Of a stretch of 24,374 nt of DNA, positions 16,892 to 24,374 are shown in pieces. This DNA is from a virus (taxonomy: Duplodnaviria > Caudoviricetes), in the IMG/VR virus record IMGVR_UViG_3300033512_000651, positions 1 through 24,374 of that record; one strand, written 5' to 3'. The translations under genes and the position numbers were made by a program. Under the pieces are notes generated by a model that had not been told where the DNA came from, did not search any database, and saw only the letters and a program-made list of their open reading frames with translations. Numbering within the stretch: position 1 is the stretch's first letter; every line of letters begins with the position of its first letter.

Positions 16892-17804
16892 AACATATCG
16901 TGAAGTTCATAAATCATTAGAACGTGAAATTTTAAAAGTTTCGTCGGAAGGTATTATTGAGTTTGCTTATTCCGTATTTGGAGTAACCGATAGTGATAAT
17001 GAATTCACTATTGAACCAACTTTTAAAAAGACTACCAGTGAAGGAATTAAACGGAAACATTATTTGTTAAATCATGATATTTATTTGCGCCCGGGCGTGA
17101 TTAAGGATTTTTGGCAGGACGCTAAAAGCGCCTATGCCCGAATTAAACTAAATATAAATACTCCACTTGGATTGGAAGTTTTTGAAAACGAAAAGTTCTT
17201 CTTAAATGAAAATCAACCTTTGGAACATTCGTATTGGGCTGATGTAATCAATTCACGAAGAATGAATGATGGTAGAACCGAACTTTCGGAAATGCGGTTA
17301 AAAGAAATTTCAAGCCTTTACAATTGGGCAGCCAACCCACAAGCTGTTACCGGAAGTGTAAAGCAAATGAATTTTAAACAAATGGAAAATAGAATTTTGC
17401 ATAATTACAAAAAACGTAAAGACATGGACGAAAATATGATTTCCTGCCCAAATTGTGGGTTTCAATTCAATCCCGATACTCTTACACCAGAAAACGAAGA
17501 TAGAATAATTTGGTATGCTGAAATGTTGATTCGTGAAATACAATATGAAGCTGTACGTAATGAAGTGGAAGGACAGGAAAGACAAATAGAAGATGATGTG
17601 CGAGCGATATTAGTACGCAACAATGTAATTAAAGCCGATGAGAGCATTATGAAATCAAAGATAATTTGTAAAAACTGTGGAATTTCAATTAACCGTACAT
17701 TAACAACCGTAAGTAAAGCAGCGCCGATTGTTCACGCTGGAAATACTGACATTGCTAAAAAATTGGCTGATGAAATCCGCAAATTAAATATTCTCAATTA
17801 TTAA
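16875..17804 (+). CDS. HK97-type prohead protease with C-terminal split CxxC extension
   Basis: SVFGV.DSD, LLNHD, EHS and L.E.RLKEISSL..WAANP.A motifs; CPNC and CKNC in the tail. Confidence 0.8.
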   Translation: MSQPTKTYREVHKSLEREILKVSSEGIIEFAYSVFGVTDSDNEFTIEPTFKKTTSEGIKRKHYLLNHDIYLRPGVIKDFWQDAKSAYARIKLNINTPLGLEVFENEKFFLNENQPLEHSYWADVINSRRMNDGRTELSEMRLKEISSLYNWAANPQAVTGSVKQMNFKQMENRILHNYKKRKDMDENMISCPNCGFQFNPDTLTPENEDRIIWYAEMLIREIQYEAVRNEVEGQERQIEDDVRAILVRNNVIKADESIMKSKIICKNCGISINRTLTTVSKAAPIVHAGNTDIAKKLADEIRKLNILNY

Positions 17805-17822
17805 TTAAAACTTTTCAAAAAA

Positions 17823-19349
17823 ATGAAATTAACTAAGTATTTGCCAGCTATATTGCTGATAATGTTTGTAATTTTAGGAGCTGTTCTTTATGCCGTATTA
17901 CCTGCGGTTGGTGGAATAGGTATTTTTATGACCGGAATTGCTATTGCGCCAGTAGCAGGAAGTGAAGGTTTCGACGATGTTTTAAAAGCCGTTAACGAAA
18001 AAATATCCGGCACTGTAAAAGACCTCTCGAATAAGTATGAGGAAGCCATTAAATCAAGTGTAACCAAATTAGATCTTGATAATAAACTTGCTTCTTTGAC
18101 GAAAGAGATAAATGAATTGTCGGAAATTGGAAAACAATCCGTTGTAAAATCGCTCAATGAAATAAACGAGAAATTAAACAAAACCGAAGATGCCTTGAAA
18201 GCTCAAGGTTTAGTTATTGAATCGTTTAAACAACGTGGCGAGAATTCTCCTAAAAAAGAACGTACTACTTTTAAAGATGCACTTTACAGCGCAATAAAAA
18301 GCGAAAAAGTTACCGGAGTACGAAAATCTGATTTTGGAAACGATGATATCGAAACGTTAAAATTCACGCCCGGGATAGGCATGAAATTACAAGTTCAAAT
18401 ACCAAATGGCGCTGATTTGATAGCGCGTAAAAAAGCAGCAGTTGACATGACCGCCGCATTAGCGCTTAGTGGAGTTAACACAGGTTATTTAACTCAATAC
18501 GATAGTGAAATAAGCTCTATTCCATTAACTACAAATATTCATGCTTTGAATATTTTCCCAGTTGTACCGATTAATTCCAAATACTACGGTGTTATTGTAG
18601 AATATACTTATTGGGATGGTTCGGCAACTAAAGCCGAAGGTAGCGCATCGGGCAAATCAAGTGTACTTTTGAAAACAGTAGAATTCAAAGTATTTACTAT
18701 TTCAACTTATGCTCATATTTCGAAAGAAAATATTGAAGATTTGCCAAATTTCGTTGACGAACTTAACATTTTGATGCCCGACAAAATTTTGTCGAAAATT
18801 GATTCTAAAATATTTGTTGCAACCGGCGACAATTCAGCCGATATAAAAGGTTTTTTCCATGCTGACCATCAAGCAGTATTTGTTCCTTCTACTTATTCGG
18901 GCAAAGTAACCGATTGTAATATTATTGATGTTATTGTTGCCGCAAAAACACAAGCAACCAAGAGCGATTACATTCCTAATTTTGTAGTTTTGAATAAAGA
19001 CGCGATTTGGGAAATTGGTCAGATAAAAGACAAAAACGACAATTCCATTATGGACCGCCGTGTTAATTTTGTTAACGGCGTGCCAACAATGATTGCAGGT
19101 ATGACAATTGTGAATAACGATTCGGTAACTGCAAATCAGGCTTATATGGGCGATGTTCGCGCAGCTCGCATTGGATTACGTCGAGATATGACTATGACGA
19201 TTTCAGACAGCGATAGCACTGATTTTGTTGAAGGCATGGTAAAAGTAATGTTTGATATTCGTTTGGCTGCGGCTAATCGTGCAAAAAACGCCTTTTGCTT
19301 TGTAAGCGACATTGCTGCTGCAATAACCACAATGGATTCCGGTTCGTAA
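17823..19349 (+). CDS. Major capsid protein (HK97 fold) with coiled-coil delta domain and hydrophobic N-terminus
   Basis: Position after the protease; coiled-coil N-region, AEGSA...S, ISKE.IED, DFVEGMV......R motifs; followed by a terminator. Confidence 0.85.
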   Translation: MKLTKYLPAILLIMFVILGAVLYAVLPAVGGIGIFMTGIAIAPVAGSEGFDDVLKAVNEKISGTVKDLSNKYEEAIKSSVTKLDLDNKLASLTKEINELSEIGKQSVVKSLNEINEKLNKTEDALKAQGLVIESFKQRGENSPKKERTTFKDALYSAIKSEKVTGVRKSDFGNDDIETLKFTPGIGMKLQVQIPNGADLIARKKAAVDMTAALALSGVNTGYLTQYDSEISSIPLTTNIHALNIFPVVPINSKYYGVIVEYTYWDGSATKAEGSASGKSSVLLKTVEFKVFTISTYAHISKENIEDLPNFVDELNILMPDKILSKIDSKIFVATGDNSADIKGFFHADHQAVFVPSTYSGKVTDCNIIDVIVAAKTQATKSDYIPNFVVLNKDAIWEIGQIKDKNDNSIMDRRVNFVNGVPTMIAGMTIVNNDSVTANQAYMGDVRAARIGLRRDMTMTISDSDSTDFVEGMVKVMFDIRLAAANRAKNAFCFVSDIAAAITTMDSGS

Positions 19350-19359
19350 TTTTAATAAC

Positions 19360-19391
19360 AATCAGCGAGGTTTTCCAACCTCGCTGATTTT
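19360..19391 (+). terminator. Intrinsic terminator after the capsid gene
   Basis: 13-bp perfect stem aatcagcgaggtt-ttcc-aacctcgctgatt with a short T tail. Confidence 0.8.
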
Positions 19392-19404
19392 AAAAACTAA
19401 TTTT

Positions 19405-19968
19405 ATGGAAATTTCAGATTATAAAGCGTTTTGGAACGATAAAACAAATATAATGTATGGTCAATTAAAAATGATTGACCTTATTAAAAGCCGTAGAGAT
19501 AAACCGGAATTTGATTTTATTGTGGAAACGATTAAGCAATATAATATCAAAACAGTTTTGGAAATTGGCTGTGGTGCCGGAATAATATATGAAGTTCTAA
19601 AACAAAATTGTAAAGGTTTGAAATACGATGGATACGATATTGCAGAAAAGCAAATTGAATTATTTGAAATTTTCCATTCGAAAAAAGTGAAAACCGATTT
19701 GACTAAAATAAAATCGAAAAGTTACGATTTGGTTTTTTCTCATTCTGTTTTAATGCACATCGAATTAAAACATGCCAAAGAATTATTTGCAAAAATGCAA
19801 AGAATTGCAAAAAAAGTGATTTTGTTAAATGAATTTTCAACACTTGATGAACAATTTCATAAAGCGTTGGCACCATTTAATTTTAATCACAATTATACTG
19901 ATTTTGAAGTTTTTACAGAAATAAAAAAGCATGATTTTAACCGAAAATCATTTTTGAAAGTATGCTAA
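19405..19968 (+). CDS. Class I SAM-dependent methyltransferase (non-DNA type)
   Basis: VLEIGCGAG, YDGYDI, YDLVFSHSVLMHI motifs; no DPPY/NPPY. Confidence 0.88.
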   Translation: MEISDYKAFWNDKTNIMYGQLKMIDLIKSRRDKPEFDFIVETIKQYNIKTVLEIGCGAGIIYEVLKQNCKGLKYDGYDIAEKQIELFEIFHSKKVKTDLTKIKSKSYDLVFSHSVLMHIELKHAKELFAKMQRIAKKVILLNEFSTLDEQFHKALAPFNFNHNYTDFEVFTEIKKHDFNRKSFLKVC

Positions 19969-21227
19969 AAGTTATTATGTTATCGAAAAAGGATTTTGCC
20001 GGAAGTGGAAATAAACTTTGTCAAGCTGTTTCCAAGTATTCCGACATATATATTCGATTGATAACTACTGAGCTGTCAAAATATAACTATGATACTGATT
20101 ATTTGTTGAATAAAACCAACCGTAGCTTCTTGCAACGATTAATAAACAATGCCGATATAATTCATTTCAAAGGCGATGATTTGCCTGAAATAAATTGGTT
20201 TGGTTTGAAATTAACAAATGTACCTGTAGTTGTTACCGTAGGTGGTAGCGGATTCAGACGCAATGTTGACAAAAGCGTTGGTTATTCGTGGTTTGGTTTT
20301 AATAAATATATTGAACGTTCCGATTTAAGAACTACATTAACACCAGATCTAAATTATCCCGACTATAATGGACAATATATACCACAAACAATTGAATGCG
20401 AGGAAAAAGAAAATAGTTTTCAATATAGAGCTATTCCTGTTATTGCTCATTCACCAAGTAATCGAACAAAAAAAGGGACTGGTAACATCATTTTACCTGC
20501 ATTAGAAATATTAAAAAATAAAGGCTATAAGTTTGAACTTGACTTGATTGAAAATGTAAGTAATAAGGAATGTATTGAACGTAAAAGAAACGCCAATATA
20601 TTTATTGACCAAATTAGCGATACAGGTTTTTACGGTATTTCGGCGCTTGAAGCCATGCAATTTGGTATTATTACAATGGCTTATGTCAGCGAATTAGCCA
20701 TTAATCAATCGAATGAAATTTTAAATTCGAGTAATTTAACTGTAGTTAATACCGGAAATTCTATTGATAGTTTAGTTAAATCTCTTGAAAATATTCTCAA
20801 TTTATCGGAAAAACAACAAATTAAACTTAGTGAAAAGACTAAGAAATACTGTGATGTAATTCACGGTGAAAAAGAAATTGCAAATAAATGGACTTCAATA
20901 TATAAAACTATTTATGCTAACAATATAGACCGCATAAATAGAGCAAAAGAAACACAACCAATGACTGAAATCCCAAAAACAGATTTTGTTAAAATAAAAA
21001 TAATTAACAATAAATTCAATGGGCATGTATTAGATTATCAATTATATCAAATAATTGAAGTTGATTATATGCAAGCCGTACAATTTATTAAAAAAGGAAT
21101 TGCCGAAATTTCAAATGATGAAGTTTCACCGGTTCAAAAATTGGCAATTGACAAAAAATTAAACGTAGTCCCAAATTCAGGGTGGGCAAACAATATAAGC
21201 GCTATTAATTATCGTAGTAAATATTAA
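19962..21227 (+). CDS. Glycosyltransferase (GT-B, GT4-like) with extra C-terminal domain
   Basis: IAHSPSNR.KKGT, ANIFIDQI...GFYGISALEAMQFG motif; overlaps the methyltransferase stop. Confidence 0.85.
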   Translation: MLKVIMLSKKDFAGSGNKLCQAVSKYSDIYIRLITTELSKYNYDTDYLLNKTNRSFLQRLINNADIIHFKGDDLPEINWFGLKLTNVPVVVTVGGSGFRRNVDKSVGYSWFGFNKYIERSDLRTTLTPDLNYPDYNGQYIPQTIECEEKENSFQYRAIPVIAHSPSNRTKKGTGNIILPALEILKNKGYKFELDLIENVSNKECIERKRNANIFIDQISDTGFYGISALEAMQFGIITMAYVSELAINQSNEILNSSNLTVVNTGNSIDSLVKSLENILNLSEKQQIKLSEKTKKYCDVIHGEKEIANKWTSIYKTIYANNIDRINRAKETQPMTEIPKTDFVKIKIINNKFNGHVLDYQLYQIIEVDYMQAVQFIKKGIAEISNDEVSPVQKLAIDKKLNVVPNSGWANNISAINYRSKY

Positions 21228-21228
21228 T

Positions 21229-22482
21229 ATGGCAAAAACAATCAAAGTTAACTTATCGCTAAACAACCACGAATTACAATCATTTGTGGTCGAAAAACTT
21301 TCTACCGACCCAAGTGGGTTGGTTGAAGCGCGAATGTGGTATAATACAACTTCAAAACAGTTGAAGTATTATGACGGCACATCAATAAAGATATTAGCGG
21401 AGAGTTCTCAAATTGCTACCACTATTGTAACTCAAACAAACGCTTCAGCAGCAGCAAATAAAATAAAATTATCGTCTGGCGCTGATAGAGTTCTTAAAGA
21501 TTACGACCGCGGAGCCGGTATTGTGAAAGTTAATGCCAGTGGTGTGGCATCAGCAGCTACTCCCGGAACTGATTATTTAAGTCCGGCAGGAGCTGCAACT
21601 GTAACAAACAAAACTATAAATGCTGATAATAATACTATCAGTAATTTAGAAACCGACAATTTTAAAAGTGGAATAATCAAAATTGCACTGTCAACTACCG
21701 GTGAAACAAATTTAACCATTCCATCGTCAAAGGCGGTGGTTGATGCAATACTTGCTTGGGCTACCCGTAGTATAAGTTATCGCTCACCTTGTGATTTGTT
21801 TTTTAACGATGCTGGTAGTGTGCTTCCAACTTCTACAACCGTACAAATTGATGGAATTACGGTATTAAATAATATGCGTATTTGTGTAGGTGCTTCATCA
21901 GGTTCTTACGATACTAAAATTGTAAAAGCAACCGTAGCCGATACAACAATTACATATACCGTTCAGCAAGATGGTACCGGAAGCGATTTACCAACCGATG
22001 GTGATACAGTTTGGATTAAAAACGGAACTACTTATAAAGATAGTTTATATACATTCAATGGGCAAGGTGCTTGGGTACAAACCAACGGAACATCATCAAT
22101 TCCCGATGCTACAACCGATTTAAAAGGAAAAGTTGAACTTGCCACAGTTGCCGAAGCTATGGCACGCACCGTTGAAGATGTTGCGGTTACTCCAGCCAGT
22201 TTAGTAAAATTTCCAGTAATGAATACTGGCGATTTTTTAATTGCTGACTGGGTTGAAGATGCTTCAATTTTTACGCTTGAAATTTTGCAAGCAACCCACG
22301 AATGTACCACAGGGAATAGAATAATTGTAGATGTTTACGAAATAGGAACACCAAATATAAGAGTAACTGATGCAATTGACATTACAGTTTCAGATACCGG
22401 CGATGTTACATTAACATCGCTCGAAACGTTTGACGGGTATTGGATTATACACGGAATAAATTTAGCCGGAGACCAACAATAA
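21229..22482 (+). CDS. Virion fibre-like structural protein 1
   Basis: T/S/G/A-rich; fibre repeat PDATTDLKGKVELAT.AE...AVTPASL; TVTNKTI repeat. Confidence 0.7.
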   Translation: MAKTIKVNLSLNNHELQSFVVEKLSTDPSGLVEARMWYNTTSKQLKYYDGTSIKILAESSQIATTIVTQTNASAAANKIKLSSGADRVLKDYDRGAGIVKVNASGVASAATPGTDYLSPAGAATVTNKTINADNNTISNLETDNFKSGIIKIALSTTGETNLTIPSSKAVVDAILAWATRSISYRSPCDLFFNDAGSVLPTSTTVQIDGITVLNNMRICVGASSGSYDTKIVKATVADTTITYTVQQDGTGSDLPTDGDTVWIKNGTTYKDSLYTFNGQGAWVQTNGTSSIPDATTDLKGKVELATVAEAMARTVEDVAVTPASLVKFPVMNTGDFLIADWVEDASIFTLEILQATHECTTGNRIIVDVYEIGTPNIRVTDAIDITVSDTGDVTLTSLETFDGYWIIHGINLAGDQQ

Positions 22483-23501
22483 TGAAAGAATTAAAGGTAG
22501 ATTTGTCGTTGGAAGGCAACCAATTAAAAAGGTTTGCATTTGAAAAGCTCAGCGTTGACCCCGAGGGTGGAGAGCTTTATCAAGGGCGTGCGTGGTTCAA
22601 TACCACATCGCGACTTTTGAAGTATTACAATGGTACCGACATTATACCTTTGAATTCCGGTTATATGCAATCATTCTTTTGGAGTGGATTGTTTTCCGAT
22701 TTAGTAGAAATTCAGAATGTTATTGACAACAAAATGGATTATTATTTGCCCGAAAACTATATGTTTGTTGGTGGAGCAAATGATATTCCAGTTGCTTTTA
22801 CTGCTGAAGAAATACGTGCTTTCCTATCTGTTTTAACCCAAACTGAAATTGAAACGCTCATTTCGGCAATTGATTTAAGCACAAAAGCTGATTTGGTTGA
22901 CGGCAAAGTTCCGGCAAGCCAATTACCAAGTTATGTTGACGATGTAATTGAAGTTGCCAATTTAACAAGTTTACCGGCTGAAGGTGAAACAAGCAAGATT
23001 TATATCACACTTGATAATAATTATACGTATCGCTGGAGTGGTAGCACGTATATTAACATTTCAGCATCATTAGAAACTTTGGCTACCGAAGGTGCAAGAA
23101 TCAACAGTGCAACGGCAAAAACTACTCCGATTGATGCAGATATGATTGGCTTAATGGATAGTGCCGATAGTAATATTTTAAAAAAACTATCGTGGGCAAA
23201 CATTAAAGCAATTTTGAAAAGTTATTTCGATAACATATTCAATGTAAAACTAAATCAAGTAGTATCGCAAACGCTTGTAACAGCAAATTGGTCACTTGTT
23301 TCTGGTTTATATGAATATGATTTATCGAACGAAAATATTCTTGCTACAAGTATAATAGATGTAATACCCGATAATGCTTCTATTGATTTAATTATTGCTT
23401 CGGAAATTTTACCGAAAACTGTTAGTAGCATAGGTAGCGTGAAACTATACGCTAAAAATGCACCTACCGGAGATATTGTTGTAACTATTAATATTTATTG
23501 A
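22482..23501 (+). CDS. Virion fibre-like structural protein 2 (start 22482, TAATG-coupled)
   Basis: KADLVDGKVPASQLPSYVDDVIE fibre motif; N-terminus paralogous to the previous gene. Confidence 0.7.
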   Translation: MKELKVDLSLEGNQLKRFAFEKLSVDPEGGELYQGRAWFNTTSRLLKYYNGTDIIPLNSGYMQSFFWSGLFSDLVEIQNVIDNKMDYYLPENYMFVGGANDIPVAFTAEEIRAFLSVLTQTEIETLISAIDLSTKADLVDGKVPASQLPSYVDDVIEVANLTSLPAEGETSKIYITLDNNYTYRWSGSTYINISASLETLATEGARINSATAKTTPIDADMIGLMDSADSNILKKLSWANIKAILKSYFDNIFNVKLNQVVSQTLVTANWSLVSGLYEYDLSNENILATSIIDVIPDNASIDLIIASEILPKTVSSIGSVKLYAKNAPTGDIVVTINIY

Positions 23502-23503
23502 TT

Positions 23504-24374
23504 ATGGCAATAGGCTCATTCAAATTACCAATTAAAAAGGCTTCACCTGTGTGGACACATCACCCAGATTGGATTGATATTTCAGAAGTTGAAGATAATG
23601 AAATTAATTTACTCGTTTCCGATAAGGGTATAGGAATTGCTTTTAGCGTTACTACGGAATCGGGAACATATTCGATAAATTGGGGTGATGGAACAATTGA
23701 AACCGATAGAGTATCCGGTACAATTTACGAACATCAATACACCGACGGTTCTGGAACTGAATGTGCATTGGGCTATACTACATTTAAAGTACGTATTTAT
23801 GGTGCAAGTAGTAATATAACACGTTGGAAAGTTGAATTTCATTCATTCTCTACCGGAAATCAATTTGTTCCTATTTTGTGGGCTGTTTTTGGAACATCAG
23901 GAATAACCGATTATTCTTATGCTTTTTATCGTGTAAATACTATATCAGCAAAATGCACTATATTGCAGTCGGTAACAATAAAAAGTTTTGCAGCTTGCTC
24001 AACTACTGCTTATATGTTTCAATATTGTAACGCTCTTGTTAATATTGAATTTCCTGATTCGTTTGGAAGTGTAGGTAGTACACAACAAATGTTTTATCAA
24101 TGTACTGCGCTAACTTCAATTGTATTGCCAAATTCATGGGGAAGTGTAAGCGCTGTAATTAATATGTTTTATAATTGCTATGCCTTATCAAGCATTACAT
24201 TACCAACATCTTGGGGAAGTATTACAAATGCTTTTGCAATGTTTGGTAATTGCTATGCCTTAGCGAACATTACATTACCGACATCCTGGGGAAGTATTAC
24301 TACGGTTAATTCTTTATTCAGTGGTTGCTATGCCTTATCAAGCATTACATTACCAACATCTTGGGGAAGTATTA
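23504..24374 (+). CDS. BspA/DUF285-like leucine-rich repeat protein with PKD-like N-domain (partial; absent from the ORF track)
   Basis: Manual translation is open to the window end: MAIGSFKLP...YSINWGDGT...MFQYCNALVNIEFPDSFGSV...CYALSSITLPTSWGSI; 25-aa repeats. Confidence 0.85.
   Translation, partial: MAIGSFKLPIKKASPVWTHHPDWIDISEVEDNEINLLVSDKGIGIAFSVTTESGTYSINWGDGTIETDRVSGTIYEHQYTDGSGTECALGYTTFKVRIYGASSNITRWKVEFHSFSTGNQFVPILWAVFGTSGITDYSYAFYRVNTISAKCTILQSVTIKSFAACSTTAYMFQYCNALVNIEFPDSFGSVGSTQQMFYQCTALTSIVLPNSWGSVSAVINMFYNCYALSSITLPTSWGSITNAFAMFGNCYALANITLPTSWGSITTVNSLFSGCYALSSITLPTSWGSI
24176..24374 (+). repeat. 75-bp coding tandem repeat (LRR units)
   Basis: Units start at 24176, 24251 and 24326; 24176-24224 is identical to 24326-24374. 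Confidence 0.9.

Larger units (their letters stand above)
1..24374. mobile_element. Tailed phage / prophage segment (replication, accessory cassette array, packaging, head and fibre genes), likely Bacteroidota host
   Basis: Terminase, portal, prohead protease, capsid, fibre-like and replication genes in phage order; no host housekeeping genes; Bacteroidota-type TAnnTTTG motifs upstream of several operons. Prophage versus free phage cannot be decided from this window. Confidence 0.93.

Noticed and set aside
19405-19968. Methyltransferase as a third DNA methylase
   Set aside because: Lacks DPPY/NPPY/SPPY or PC catalytic motifs and a target recognition domain; resembles small-molecule or glycan methyltransferases.
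135-23842. Other short ORFs overlapping larger genes (e.g. 135..362, 513..752, 2076..2402, 3410..3682, 5881..6231, 9836..10067, 13668..14024, 14119..14511, 16432..16674, 17310..17647, 17888..18181, 22032..22310, 23609..23842)
   Set aside because: Antisense or out-of-frame shadows of well-supported genes, with no recognisable motifs.
24176-24374. LRR repeats as a DGR template/variable pair or CRISPR
   Set aside because: The repeats are in-frame 75-bp coding units, differences are not adenine-specific, and there is no reverse transcriptase or cas gene in the window.

Overview
AT-rich (about 30% GC by eye) tailed-phage or prophage segment, probably from a Bacteroidota host (several TAnnTTTG -7 promoter motifs, A-rich leaders). 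Order: replication/early genes (initiator, DUF6633-like protein, DnaA-C HTH, HNH, DnaQ-like exonuclease), then a 7.1 kb accessory block, HTH and radical-SAM (DUF5131-like) genes, a packaging module with terL inverted relative to terS and portal, HK97-type portal, protease and capsid, a methyltransferase and glycosyltransferase, two fibre-like proteins, and a BspA-like LRR protein cut by the window end. Main discovery: the accessory block (5083-12230) is built like an integron cassette array. Four gene units, two of them restriction-modification systems (MvaI/BcnI-family R+M and a Type IIG fusion), are separated by attC-like imperfect hairpins (TAACG...TGTTA). Each unit is bounded by its own matching 9-10 bp inverted core, the expected signature of site-specific cassette integration. 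No integrase is present in the window. All family calls come from motif recognition, not database searches.
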